Made by a program: the position numbers and the translations under genes. This document shows, in pieces, positions 13,601-27,843 of a stretch of DNA of 64,000 bases. Numbering within the stretch: position 1 is the first letter of the stretch; every line of letters starts with the position of its first letter. This DNA comes from Carcharhinus amblyrhynchos (lineage: Eukaryota): positions 10,602,001 to 10,666,000 of the forward strand of contig OZ336888.1 in NCBI GenBank assembly GCA_965287045.1, read 5' to 3'. Under the pieces are notes generated by a model, which saw only the letters and a program-made list of their open reading frames with translations, searched no databases and was not told where the DNA came from.

Positions 13601-16600
13601 AAAGGATGTCACAGAAATTCATAGAAGCTTATAGAATCCCTACAGTACAGAAGGAGGCCACTCAGCCCATTGAGTCTATACTGACTGCAAACGCACCCAG
13701 GCCGTATCTCCCACAACCCACGCATTTACCCTGCTAATCCCTCTGAGCGTGGCCAATCAACCTAACCTGCACATCTTTGGAGCGTGGGAGGAAACCGGAG
13801 CACCCGGAGGGAACCACGCAGAGAAGCGGAGAACATGCAAACTCCGCACAGGCAGTGATCCGAGGCCGGAATTGAACCTGGGACCCTGGCGCTGTGACGC
13901 AGCAGTGCTAACCACTGTGCTACAATGTCGCCCAATTGAAGGCGAGCCTGTCTAGACAGAGGTTTCTAAACTGCATTCAAACAGCAATGCCTAGGTTCCA
14001 TTTACAGAATTACTCCTGCCTGAACTTCAGCAGCAGACAATTCAGCTCTTGGCTTTGTCTACTCTGGAAGACCACGTACTCCAGCTATGTGGCAGTCATT
14101 GTGATCTACCTGGAGCCATTCAGGCAGAGACACGCAGACATTTTGTGTTCTCTTGGTATCAGGATCAAACTGTAGGACGTAGGTATCTCCAGTGAGTTAG
14201 CTGGGGAAATGTTCCTCCACGCCCCACTTAATGCAGATTTTAATCCCCGAATCATCACCACCCCAGCTCCTCCCGCATTTCCTTTATTGTGCTCTGATTC
14301 TTCCATGGCAATTCTGAAAAGGTCATTACAATGGGCATGACATGCAGCATTCTTTCTGAAATAATTTCTCAGGTACAGCACCAACACAATGCAATGGGTT
14401 AAACCCTATCCCATCCCCTCAACACCGATCCGTGTACAGGCCAAGAATAGAATTTTACGAGAATGATTCTAAGTGTCCAGCTAGCGTGAAAATGGGAGAG
14501 TTCCGGATCTGCCCAATCTTACAGATTTAGACATTGAAAATATGGACTAGACATTTCTAGCTGCTGCAGGAAATGGACTGGGCTTAATTCACCAGCCAGT
14601 CTGCAGAGGGAGCTATTGCGCATGTGCAGAATCTAAAGTCTCATAGGAGGCTCTCCAGGTCCAAGATATCAGTTGCCCTACGCTCTCCACCACAATCCCG
14701 CCAAGATTTGTACTGCAGATTTTTAATGGGGGCAGGAGGGGAATGGTGGATGCCTCAACCATCATCCTCAATTCTTCCCCATCGCTGCACTCAGTATAAT
14801 ATCGCTCATTAATAACACAATGCACTTTTATCACATTATCCATGTTCTGTTGGAAAGCGGCCATTTGATGAGATCACATGGGAAGGAGAGGCATTTCATT
14901 GAAAATTAACCTGAAGAACTCGACCCAAGAGAGTGCCAAAGTATTCACATTGTTAACAGAACTTGTAAAGCTCTTTCAGCCAGAGACTCTGAGTTGGTAC
15001 CAGTCTGGTGACAAGCATCTGGTCAGCCTCAGAATTCAGGACCTTAAAACCAGCAGAGCTTTTGTGTAAAACAGAAAGCTAAACAGCAAAACTATAATTG
15101 GTCCCAGCACAGAAACTGAAGACATTTAGTGAGGCTTTAGTTCACAAGGCAATTTTAAGTGGAGAAGGTGGTGATGAAGGGGAATGAGAACAGCAATCTC
15201 ATCATTCCCAATGAACACTGAGCAAGTTACTGTGAACAACAGAAGACAATAACAGAGCTGGCAACATCTGTGGAGAGAGAGAACGGAGCCAATGTTTCAA
15301 GTCTGGATGAGCCTTCGTCAGAGCACTTATTGCATTTGTGTACTCCCAAGATGTCCCGATCCTCCTCTATTTGTTCCCACTTTCTGTCCATCTCCGCCAT
15401 TCCAACCCTCCTTCTCCCACCCCTATAGGGGAGCAACTGCACCCTGCCTGACCTGAAATACTACATTAACTCTGACTCTCCACATACAATGCCACAGAGT
15501 TAACCTAGCAATATTTTATAAATCTTGTACCTTCACGCACTCCCATTTAATTATAAATTCCAACAGAAGAAACCACTCGAAGGCTACAGCACTATTACTG
15601 GTATCAGGTCCAAATACCTCTGAGGTGATACCCTTTTCGTAATATTATCCATTATTATTTGTATTCTGTCTGCTTCGCCCCTCGTCCTTTATGAAAACCT
15701 GATATTTGATGTGGGCAGCTTTCCACCTTCTGTCGAGGTGAAGACAAATGTGAGTCAATTTTTTTAATTACTCTCAGTATTTCTTTGTCACTAGATCCCT
15801 TTCCATTATCACTTATAAATAGTTCAATACTTGCACCCTTTGTTTACTCCATATATACTTGCAAGATATATATAAAAAACATGGTCCTCAAGAAGTCCTC
15901 GACAATGCTACATTTAGGACAAAATCCACCGATCCCATCCGTGCCACTTTGGTGTTCCAGCCAGAACTAAAGTTTAAAATTTATTTATGTGTGTCACCAG
16001 TAGGCTTACATTAACACTGCAGTGAAGTTACTGTGGAAATCCCCTAGTCGCCATACTTGGCACTTGTTCAGATACACTGACTTTAGCATGGCCAACACAC
16101 CTAACCAGCACGTCTTTCGAACTGTGGGAGGAAACCGGAGCACCCGGAGGAAACCCACGAGACACAGGCAGAACGTGCAGACTCCTCACAGACTGTGTCC
16201 CAAGCCGGGAATCGAACCAGGGCCCCGGGTGTTGCGAGGCTGCAGTGCTAACCACTGAGCCACCGTGCCGCCCTGCTCTCCATTTCACTTCAGCAACACC
16301 AGAGAATCCCAGCACGAGAGAGGACGGAGGTTTTTGCTGTTTTTGTTTTAATCACTTCACAGCCTTTTCTTCACCCCGCACCCTTCGTGTTAATATTTCA
16401 CCATTATTCTTCTGCCTTCCAGATCCCTTGCTCACCTCATCCTAATAAATATTTTGTTGAAGAAATAGTTAATAAGCAACATGATTCAAAGGAGGAAAAG
16501 GATGTTCAATGCACCAAGGTTACAATTTTACTATAACATAGAGGAATAAAGTTATGATTATTCCAGATTTAAAAAGAACAGAATGGTGTTTCCAATCAAT

Positions 16601-18029
16601 AGGAATAGCTTGAAATTATCAATTGTAATTTGGCATTCCAGAACAAATGTTGTAAAAGCAAGATTATTCTGTATGATTTTCTTTTTTTGTTGGATAGTTA
16701 GTGGAGCAAGGAAATTCTCGTTGGCTGCTGGTGGGATATGATCTTTTGCATGCCTTTGGAGCCTCGCCTGCTATCTGTGAACCTTGAATGGCCCCCGATT
16801 ATTAGCACTGTTGCCTCACAGCACCAAGGACCCAGGTTCGAGCCCCTGCTTTGGGTCACTGTCTGTGTGGATTCTGCATGTTCTCTGTGTGGGTTTCCTC
16901 TGGGTGCTCCAGTTTCTTCCCACAATCTGAAAGACGTGCTGGTTAGGTGCACTGACCCGAACAAGTGCCGGAGTATGGCGACTAGAGGATTTTCACAGTA
17001 ATTATGACTCTGTGAAGCCACTAAACAAGTGGGCTGAAACTGGATGGAGCAATGGATTTCATAGCACAAGCCATTAAACAGTTAGTTTCCTGCACCGTCA
17101 ATTCAAAAAGGTTTTTTGTAGGATACAATTTCAGTTGCACGTGCCTTTCAAACACTCCTCGTGCCTCTTTATGCAATTCTTTCTGCAGGCTTCATAACAT
17201 GATGATTTAATCCACGTGCTGATTTGACTATCACATCACATTTTCCCTTCAAAATTAAGTTTAAGTTTATTTACTAGTGCCACAAGTAGACTCACATTAA
17301 CACTGCAATGAAGTTACTGTGAAAACCCCCTCGATGGGCTGAATGGTGTCTTTTTGCACTGTCGGGACTCTACGGTTCCAATAGTTACAGGAAACAGCTT
17401 GATCGGGAGGGGAAGGAAGAAGAAATAATCATCAAGGATCCCCATTCCCAATCGCTATTCAAACCATCATTCAAAGGAGTTCAGGAATGGGCAACAGTGA
17501 AATGACCTTTCCCAATCAAATAACATTCATCTGGAGGATTTGCGCTGGGAACAGGCTCGAGGTGGCTGAAGACAGACTGTAACCTTCTGAGAGTGACTGT
17601 CTTCTGAATGTAAGAGAATGGGCAAAAATTGGAAAGAAGATGAGCAAAATCAGGAAGAACTTAATTTTACGGAGCTCTTGTATGTTTTTAATTGCTAAAT
17701 TGACCCCAAGAAGAATTAAAAATCTGGCAAATAACCATTGATCAAAATAATGATCAAATATTTTGATCTGGAAAATTCATCTCAATTTTACATTGACACG
17801 AGTGGAAACAGAGACTTTTTTCAATTTGATTTACGCCTAATGCTACACAAATATCTTGAGAATATTATCATTGATTTGCTTTATTATTGTCACACGTATT
17901 AGTATACAGTGAAAAGTATTGTTTGTTGCGCACCATACAAAGCATACCGTTCATAGAGAAGGAAAGGAGAGAGTACAGAATGCAATGTTATAGTGATAGT
18001 TAGGGCGTAGAGAAAGCTCAACTTAATGA

Positions 18030-18554
18030 ACATAAGAAATCGGAGGAGTAGGCCATCTAGCCCTTCAAGACTGCCCTGCCATTCAGTAAGATCATGGCTG
18101 ATCTGAAGTGGATCAGTTCCACTTTCCCGCCCTCTCCCCATAACCCTTAATTCCCTTGTCTGTCAAAAACCTATCTACCCGTGACTTAAATATATTTAGC
18201 GCGGTAGCCTCCACCACTTCAACAGGCAGAGAATTCCAGAGATTCACCACCCTTTGAGTGAAGAAGTTCCTCCTCAGCTCCGATCTAAACTGTCCCCCCC
18301 TTATCTTGAGGCTGTGCCCTCTAGTCCTGCTATCCTTTCTAAGCGGGAAGAATCTCTCTACCTCTACCCTATCCATCCCTTTCATTATCTTATAACGTCT
18401 CTAATAAGATCCCCCCCTCATCCTTCTAAACTCCAACGAGTACAGACCCAGTCTATTTAGTCTCTCTTCATAGTCCAACCCGTTCATCTCTGGTATCAGC
18501 CTAGTGAACCTCCTCTGCACTCCCTCCAAGGCCAAAATATCCTTGCGCAAGTGT
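18030..18554 (-). mobile_element. Young 5'-truncated CR1 LINE (3' end of ORF2 plus 3' UTR)
   Basis: KDILALEGVQRRFTRLIP..LGLYSLEFRRMRG and RTRGHSLKI..RRNFFTQRVVNLWNSLP, with one frameshift in a G run, followed by tail ttcttatgttc. Confidence 0.9.
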
Positions 18555-18970
18555 GATGAAAGGTAAATCCATTCAGAAGTCTGATGGCAGTACATGTCTG
18601 AATAAAGAGAAAAGTTCAAAACAAGCAGAAGTCATGTCAAAAATCAGATACTGGGAAAGTATGGAACGTACACTGTCAGTCATCTTCAGCTCCTCTTTCT
18701 TTTCGCACATAACGAAAGTTAACATTTGAATTCATCAAACAATCATTCATGTGTACTAAGTACAGGGGCCGGGAGCTTCCACTCAGTTACACAGCGAGTA
18801 ACAGTCAATTTTTCAGGCTGGAGGAAGGTTTGTAGTGATGTTGTCCAGGAGTTGGTGTAGAGAGTGTTGTTTTCCCTGATATATATTAACGATCTAGATC
18901 TTGGTGTGCAGGGGAAAATTGTGAAGTTTATGGATGACAAAAAAAGGGAAATGTTGTAAAGTATGAAGAG

Positions 18971-19268
18971 GGTGGCACGGTGGCATGTAGGGCATTGGTT
19001 AGCACCAGGGACCCAGGTTCAATTCCGGTCTCGGGTCACTGTCTGTGTGGAGTTTGCACATTCTCCCCATGTCTGCGTGGGTTTCCTCCGGATGCTCCGG
19101 TTTCCTCCCACGCTCCAAAGATGCACGGGTTAGGTTGATTAGCTGTGCTAAATTGATCCTAGTGTTAAGCGGGGTAAATATGTGGGTTACGGGCATCGGG
19201 CCTGGGTGGGACTCTGGACTCGATGGGCCGAATGGCCTCCTTCTGCACTGTAGGGATTCTATGATTCT
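18971..19268 (+). mobile_element. HE1-like tRNA-derived SINE, tail type B (CR1-like). Other copies: ~7660-7987(+), 9385-10005(nested pair), 13620-13935(-), 20525-20792(-), 22630-22940(+), 35700-36016(-), 51074-51363(+), 52903-53200(+), 54495-54812(-), 55958-56125(+), 62002-62317(-)
   Basis: Same head and core as type A, but the tail gactcgatgggccgaatggcctccttctgcactgtagggattctatgattct resembles the CR1 3' ends in this window. Confidence 0.85.
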
Positions 19269-21046
19269 AGGACAGTATAGAATTTCAAAAGGACATTGTC
19301 CCTCCAACCAAAAATCGTCACCTCACGCTTCGCTCGCCACCTGTGCGTCCATTTTGCCCCAAATTTAATTCATCGCCATTGGGGGCTTGTTGACGGGCCC
19401 TCACATAGACAGTTAAAAATTAAGCTGGCTCCTTTGGCCATAAGGTCACCATTAGGAATCTTTTACACAAAATCTTTTGAATGATTTAAAAAAAAACAAA
19501 GAAACTGATCCCTGCAGAACTAGCAAACGGTTCTGCACCCTTTTTAAAAGTCATCTTCAGCTTTTTGGGATTGGATTACACACACCAATCAAAAATGTTT
19601 ATTTATAGTAACAAAATAACATGAAGCTGAAGTAAAATTAATACCACACCTAGTCAAAGTATCAAGGAATATTACTGTTAAAATAACTGGTCTTCTTTTG
19701 ATTTAAAATACAGAGATTCGTGAATTCTTAAATTAGGAATAACTGTTTAAAAATAACAGGCTGCTCATTTAAGAGAGGAGGAGAATTTTTTTTTCCTCAG
19801 AGGGATGTGCATCTTTAAATCTCTTCCTGGAAAGGCAGTGGAAACACAATCTTTGAATATTTGTAAGGTAGAGCTATATTATTGAGGGAGGGGGGCAAGG
19901 AAACTTTTCGGGGGTAATTTATTTATTGGTGTCATAAATAGGCTTGCATTAACACTGCAACGAAGTTATGTGAAAATCCCCTTGTCGCCACACTCCGGTG
20001 CATGTTTGGGTACACCGAGGGAGAATTTAGCCTGGCCGACGTACCTAACCAGCACATCTTTCGGACAGTGGGAGGAAACCAGAGCACCCAGAGGAAACCC
20101 ATGCAGACATGGGGAGAATGTGCAAACTCCGCACAAACAGCTGGGAACTGAACCTGGGTCCCTGGCGCTAACCACTGTGCCGCCATGCCACCTGCAGACA
20201 GGAGTGAACTGGGGTTACAATCAGATCGTATGATCTGATCATATTAATTGGCGGAGAGGCTTGATGGGCTGAGTGGCCTACCCCTGCTCCTAATGCATAT
20301 GTTCAGGTGGCATATTTTGTTTCAAAGAAATGCAAAAGGGTTTGAGCAAAAACTCATGACAGAAATAAACACTTTTCAAACTGGTGTAATTTTGGGTGTG
20401 CTCCATCAACTGAACCCAAAATGGAAACTTTTACTCCTAACCTGGAATCCCTACACTACAGAAGATCGTCTGTGAGGTGATAATCTTGAACTTTACCTCA
20501 AACTTTCCATTCAATCCTGTTCTGCAGAAGGAGGCCTTTTGGCCCATGGAGCCTGTACTGACCACAATCCCACCAAGGCCCTATTCCTGTAACCCCACAC
20601 ATTTACCCTGCCAATCCCCCTAACACTGGGACAATTTAGCATGGCCAATCCACCTAACCTGCACTTCTTTGGACTGTGGGAGGAAACCAGAGCATCCAGA
20701 GGAAACCCACACAGACACGGGGAGAATGTGCAGACTCCACACAGACAGTGACCGAAGCCGGAATTGAACCTGGGTCCCTGGAGCTGTAAGGCATCGTTTG
20801 GCCCACATTAAAGAGATAGAGCTGCGGAAAATTCTGATCCAATAAAGCATTGGAAGATATGGAAAACAGTACCTGTCTCAGCAAGGAACTTTAAACAAAA
20901 AAAGCTTTGTAAAATGACAGAATTAAGGTGCGAATGCAGGGGACTCATTCTCTGGTGAAAGCAAAATACCGTGGACGCTGGAATCAAACAAAAGCAGAAA
21001 ATGCTAGAAAATCTCAGCAGGTCTGGCAGTATCTGTGGAGAAAGAG

Positions 21047-21141
21047 GAGATGATGTGGATATGCCGGCGTTGGACTGGGGTAAACACTGTGAAAAGTCTG
21101 ACAACACCAGGTTTAAACCTGGTGTTGTCAGACTTTTTACT
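21047..21141. mobile_element. Minimal family-A fold-back element inserted into a family-B element
   Basis: Tail plus a perfect 46-nt palindrome at 21092-21137. TSD gagaaagag at 21038-21046 and 21142-21150. Confidence 0.8.
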
Positions 21142-24100
21142 GAGAAAGAGAAGAGCCAATGTTTCATGACTTCATCAAAGCGCATTTGCCATATTCTTTG
21201 GTATTTTGTATGGGGTGGGAGGCACTGTCACAAGTGGGAAAAATTAGTGCAGCGGTGCTTTGACATACAAGTGGTATAAATCAGTCGTAGTACATGCAAA
21301 TTTTCCCGGACAAAACTCCAATGCAACTGTGTGTTGTTACACTGGAAATACATCGAAACTTCGTAGGATGTTCTGAAAATGCTCATTGAGACTTTAGGAT
21401 TGAGCAGTTCACATCCATCTATACAATCTCAAGGAGTGTGGCACAGTGGTCAGCACTGCTGCCTCACAGCACCAGGGATCCGGGTTGGATTCCCGGCTTG
21501 GGTCACTGTCTGTGCGGAGTCTGTATGTTCTCCCTATGTCTGCATGGGTTTCCTTCGGGTGCCCCGGTTTCCTCCCACGCTTCAAAGTACATGCTGGCTA
21601 GGTGCATTGGCCATGCTAAATTCTCCCTCAGGCGTCAGAGTGTGGCGACCAGGGAATTTTCACAGTAACTTCATTGCAGTGTTAATCCTACTTGAGACTA
21701 ATAAATAAATAAACTGCTGTGCACTTTTCACATTTTCCAAAGCGACCTCTAAGATTGTTAATTAGTGGCAAACTGTCAGCTTTCGAGACACACAGTAACT
21801 CGGAACTCAACTGAGACGGCTTAAAATGATTGCATTAAGGACTCTCACAAGAGACACTGAAGGACAGAGACAGACTCATTGATTCAAAGCTTGTTATTGG
21901 GGCTTTTAGTACCCAAGCTTGTCTTCCACAGGGCTGCCACATTCAGGAACTCTCCGCTAGGCTGCCAAAGCCTATGAAAGCCTCCATAACTGATAGTAAA
22001 GTCAATTAACTCTCCACAGCCTCACAGAATTACATCCAAAAGCACTCCAAGCTCCCAACTATTTCTTCGTACATCCTGAACGCAACAAAAAACAGAAATT
22101 AGACACATGGCCAGATGGCCGTATAATAAAATGAACAAAATAATAACATAATCTAAGCCTTCAATTATAGTTTTCACGGAATCTGATCTCCAAAATAATA
22201 CTAAAAATCCCAAAATAAATGTAATATATGTTACAAATCAGTAGCCGTGATGCTACATTACTTATGAAATGACATAACACTCCTGTGATAATAGCATATC
22301 CACAACGCAATGAACAATAACACTTCCATTATAGAAGTGATCATTCGAGTCTGCATTTGTTGTCTGTCAAATCTCTCTGTTTTACTTCAAAGTGTAAGTG
22401 TACAGTCCCTCTAACAAGCCTCAGAGCTCACCCAACATTTATTTAACAGCAATTAGGCTTCATCATAGCCTGAAAGGGATACACGTCTACATTTTAGTCA
22501 AAACTTTGTGTTTTCTTTTACATGGAATAATATCTGTACAATATGGGGCATCTCCCTGACTCGGAATGGGCAATTTCTGGGGATATCACAAAAAGATTGG
22601 TCTGCAGTTACAGCAAAATTTGGGGGACTACAGCATCGCAGTGGTTAGCACTGCTGCCTCTCAATGCCAGGGACCCGGGTTTAATCTTGGCCTTAGGTCA
22701 CTGACTGTGTGGAGTTTGCACATTCTCCCCATGTCTGCATGGTTTTCCTTTGGGTGATCCAGTTTCCTCCCACAGTCCAAAGGTGTGCAGGTTAGGCAGA
22801 TTGGCCATGTTAAATTGCCCCTTAGTGTCAGGAGGATTAGCAGGGCAAAAAACATGGGGGTCACAGGAATAAGGTGGAATTGTTGTCAGTGTAAACTCGA
22901 TGGGCTGAATGGCTTCCTTCTGCGCTGTAGAGATTCTATGGGACTATCAAGTGTTTAGAAAGGCAGATAGAACGATGATGTTTATTGCGAAAACAATGGA
23001 ATACTGAGACTGTTCAGGGCCTTGGTGAGACCACATCTGCCAGACTGCATATAGTTTTGGTCTCCATGTTTGAAAAAAATATGTAATTGAAACAGTTAAT
23101 AGAATCCGACAGTGCAGGAGGCGGCCATTTGGCCCATCAAGTCTGCATCGACCACAATCCCAATCAAGATCCTATTCCCATAACCCCATAAATTTACCCT
23201 AGCTAGCCCCCCCAAAACTAAAGGACAATTTAGCAAAGCCAATCCACCTAACTCGCACATGTTTGGATACAGAAGGTTTTTTTGACTTACTCCTGGGACT
23301 GAGGGCCTATCTTCTGAATAAAGGTTGAACAGGTTGGGCTTGTAACCTTTTGGTGATTAGAAGAATGAGCTGTGATCTTATTGAAATATGTTAGGGTCTT
23401 GAGGGGATTGGATAGGGTGGATATCAGAAAGACGTTTCTCCTTGCTGGGGAGAGGTTTGAAATGGCGACACCGTTTAAGACTAAGATGGGGATGAGGAGG
23501 GAGGACTCTCTCAGGAGGTCATTAATCGTGGGATTCCCTCCCCCGGAAAGCAGTAAAGTCTGGATCATTGATTCTTACCATAGTTAAGTTAGGAATATTT
23601 TTGATGGAATAGGGTGAAGGTTATGGAGAGTGGCGGGGGAGACAGACATGAGGAGTTGAGACCACAACCAGATCAGCCATGAGCTTATCAAATGGCAGAC
23701 AAGGCTCAAAGGACTAAGTGGCCAACTCCAGCTCGTAAATCTGCTCCCATAATGCAAGTCTCTACATTTCCTGTCTATCAAATCACACCTGATGTGTCAC
23801 ATCCTTTTTATTATTCATGATTTTAAGCCAAGTAATCAAAACTTTCAACATCTTCCTTTTCCACTTGTAGGTAAAAGGCCATTACGTACACATCTTTGGA
23901 CACTAGAGGGCAATTTAGCATGGCCTATCCACCTAACTTGCACATTTTGGACTAACAAAAAAAAACTTAATTGTCTGGAGGTTTTTTTCCCCACACAAAG
24001 TTATATCTAAATCCTTGAATAACAATGTGTCCCCTCCCCGGCATCCACTTTGCAACAAGGGGTGAAAGCGGGTGACATGGTGCAACTGTTGGACCTACCG

Positions 24101-25990
24101 TGAGCAATGCCAGAGGAGACCCACTGCTCGCATTACATTCAGGAAGCAATTAGATAGAGCAAGGACCTGATGACCTTGAAAGAACACCAATTTTACAGGT
24201 GAAGCATGTGTCAAATACTTTCTTATTCATACCGCACAATACCAGCTGACAAAGCCAGCATCTAGTCATCCTAATTATGTGATAGCCTTCATAATATGAA
24301 CGTCAGTTCTACTCCAAGTCTCTGTCACTTTAATACCAGTTTCTTCCGAGTGCCATTCACCTCATGCTTTCCTTAGTAGTGTCATTTTTAATGTAGCACT
24401 AAGCCTGCATTGTTCATCGGCACTAAGAGTTTAACAGTAATTAACCCCTAGTCTATCCCCAGGGAACACTACATCAGCAACTTGCCAAAACACTGTAAAC
24501 AAGCAGCCTCTGATCAATGGAGAACTAGGCTGGCTCCAGAGCACAGTAATAATGGGAGCAATGTCTACTTGTATACACCTACGCAACTAATGATTCAAAT
24601 GTGACGTTATCTGCAGAAGTAAAAAATGCTGGAAATACTGAATTCCATTTTTCAATTTCCAAACGAGATCCGAGATTAGAATAAAAGATTTGAGCTTGAG
24701 TAAAAACCAGATGCTTTTGCTAATATAGATACAGTAAGTGGACTATTAACGTGGACACACTGCAAGCATTTTATTTGGTCAGATAACAGGTTTCCCTCCT
24801 ACACAATGAATCTGAGTGCTTAGTGGAGACGGCTTTAGAAATTTGAGGCACTCCTAAAGGTTTGCAGTCTCAAATTCTGTCACTTCATAAATTAAAAACT
24901 TAATTCCAATTTCACAAACCAGGAACCACTGTACCCAAGGGCTGAGGATTTTTATCTCCGTAAATCCCAAGCAACTCCTCTGACTCTTCGCTGACAGCCC
25001 CAAATGGTTTCTAAAAGCAAGATCAATCTTTACATTAATGGTGCCACTGCCATCAACCACGTGAGTCACGGGTAAATTTACTCTGAATGCCCTACATGGG
25101 ATGTCTTGCTATCGTTGGTGAGATCACGTCTGAAGCAGTGTGTAGAGGCTTGGTCACTCAAATAAAAGTTCTGTAGATGCTGGAAATCTGAAATGTAAAT
25201 AGAAAATGCTGGAAAAATGCAGCAGGCCCGGTAGCCTCCGTGTCTGACTGAAGAAAAGTCATTCAGGCTTGCAACGCTAACTCTGTTTCTCTCTCCACAG
25301 CAGCCACCAGACCTGCTGAGTTTTTCCAGCTTTTTTTTTAAGAAAAAGAGTATAAATGTGTTAGAATCAGTTCAGAGAAGATTCACTCGATTGATACCTG
25401 GGATGGGTTATTACCTTTCAAGGAAAGGGTGGATTGGCTGGTTGGATCTATATCCATTGAGGTTAGGAACAGCGAGAGACGGTCCTATTGAAATGTACAA
25501 GAGATCCTGAGGGGACTGGACAGGGTGGATTCTGAAACATGTTTTTCCAGTAGGAGAGACCACAACTAGGGGTCACTATTTAAGGCAGTGATGAAGTTTT
25601 TGAGGATGCTGAACCTTTGGAAATCTTCCCCAGGGAGCAGTGGAGGCAGGTGCAGTTTCTTTTAAAAGGCAAAGGTAGATAGATTCTGGACTAAGGGAAT
25701 CAAAAGTTGTTGAGGGGGGCGTGATATGGAGTTGAAGCAGCAGGCAGGTCAGTCTTAATCCTACTGAATAGCACAGCAGGCTCAAAGGGCCAAATGGCCT
25801 ATCCCCGCTCCTAATTCTTATATTCATAATTATCTATGTATATCTTCCCTCATCCGAAAAATACGTCGCTCCCAGGACTCTGCGTCACTTGAACGAGTTG
25901 CTAAGAAAGGCTCGTGGTTAATGGCTGCCAGTTTCGACACAGACATCAAGTTTTTACAGAGATGCAAGAAAGCAGACAAGTTTGCCTTAG

Positions 25991-26436
25991 TGACAGGCAG
26001 ACAGGCGAATATAGCAGTAAAGTACCAACTAAGGACGTTATGTGAGCTTGATGCAGAAACCTAACAGGGGCAAGTGGCAGTTGCACTTTCCTGACTTTGT
26101 AGAAAAGACGGGCTCTCAAAGCATGCAAGAAAAAACCACTACAACCCAGGAACCATTATAGGAGGATATCCCTGAGCTCCGAGAAGAGGAACCACTGCAG
26201 AAAGAAGACCCTGAACTCAGAGATGACGATGTTATCAGTATCGAGTGAGTGAAGCCTGCCAGCTCCCTCACAAGTGTGGGTCATACCTAGATCACAAGTG
26301 TGAGTCTGAATCATCTCTGTACTATATTCTCAGAAATCGCAATTAAACTAGTTCTTCTGAATAGAGTAGCGTTATCCTAAATTTTGCTGTCTTTATTGTG
26401 TCTAACCAAGCTGATCACGCAGGATCTCGGTCAACA
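25991..26436 (+). mobile_element. Candidate solo LTR
   Basis: TG...CA termini, flanks ccttag/cctttg (5 of 6 match), and AATTAAA at ~26341. Confidence 0.4.
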
Positions 26437-27641
26437 CCTTTGTGCACGTGGAAAAGCACCCCTTAGCCCAAATGCAAGCACAGCTTCTGACCAAATACCC
26501 TCCGCCATCGCCAAGTGGGTAGCATGCCAGCTGTATTAGCCACAGGTAAAGCCTGTGGAGGAGAGAACCTGGGCAAATCCACACGTACCACAGCAGCTGC
26601 AGAACAGTGGCTAACGCGCATACGAGAAGCACTGAGGTGACTGACAGCCGGCACTACGTCAGCTTCAACATGAGTTGCCCCAAGCTGGTCAAAATGCAGG
26701 GGGGTGGTGGTGGTGGTGGGTGGGTGGGCAGGGCAAGAATAGGAGGTCATCACACTTCTTTTTCCCCATCCACTCTATTTTTTTTTTCATTCTTCTTCCT
26801 TTCCCAGTTAGTATAATTGCAGAAACAGTATGGCACGATATTTGTTCCATCTGTAATGTCCTCGATTCTGCTGGAGGACAGAACAAGGCAACATTTGGAA
26901 AAAAAAATTACTTTTCTATGAGTCCAGAGGAGCATGGCTGTGGATTAGTCGAGGACTAATGGGGCACTCAGCAAAATATAAATTATAGTTATCAGCATAA
27001 CCAGCTGGCAAGAAGACCAAAAGAAATGAGATTTCACAGCATTTGTGTGGCCAGCGTTTGGAGAGTGGAATCCCACAGTTCTAATCTTCAGAATCCCTGT
27101 TCATTCATCTTGATTACTCCAACAGGGGGATGCAAAAGGGCCCTCAAGTATTTAACCCTTTGATGTGATCATCACAAGCGAACCGCAAAAGATTTAGTGC
27201 CGTCAAGAGCATGCTTTGTATCATTTAAAGACACAACCTCTTGGAGCATTCTTTTTTACTTAGTGGCAAAATAAGTGAATACATGGAACTAATGTAGGCT
27301 TTGTTGGTCCATCTGTCTTGTTTCAGACTTTTCCTTTTCATGGGACATGGGCATCACTGGCTGGGCCAGAATTTATTGCCCATCCTTCGTTGCCGAAGGG
27401 CAGTTGAGTGTCAACCACATTGCCGTGGCCTTGGAGTCACGTCAGCCAGACCAGGTAAGGACAGCAGATCTCCTTCTCTAAAGGACATCAGATGGGACAA
27501 TCGACAATGGTTTCAAGGACATAAGTTTATTCTTAATTCCAGAAATCTTTGGATTCAAATTTCACAATTTGCCATGGCGGGATTTGAATCTGAGCCCCCA
27601 GAGCAGCTGAGTTTGAGTTAATAGTCTTAGTGATAATACCA

Positions 27642-27843
27642 TCAGAGAAAATGCTGGAAAATCTCAGCAGGTCTGGCAGCATCTGTAAGAAGAGAAAAGA
27701 GGTGACGTTTCGAGTCCAGATAACCCTTTGTCAAAGCCTTTGTTTCCCTTCTCTCCTCACAGATGCCTGCTGAGACCTGCTGAGATTTTCCAGTATCTTT
27801 TCCTTTGGTTTCCGATTCCAGCAACCGCAGTAATTTGCTTTTA
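27642..27843. mobile_element. Family-B fold-back element (probably Penelope-derived) with a variant hammerhead motif on the minus strand
   Basis: Inverted arms aaatgctggaaaatctcagcaggtctggcagcatctgt / acagatg..agacctgctgagattttccag. Minus 27737-27701 reads GCU-UUGACAA-A-GGGUU(AUCUG)GACUC-GAAA-CG-UC. Confidence 0.7.

Noticed and set aside
14106-15069. ORFs of 60-93 aa in apparently unique sequence
   Set aside because: No recognisable domain and no consistent splice phases.
21880-22080. Strong minus-strand acceptor at ~22077
   Set aside because: All three frames close within 18 codons and no good donor follows.
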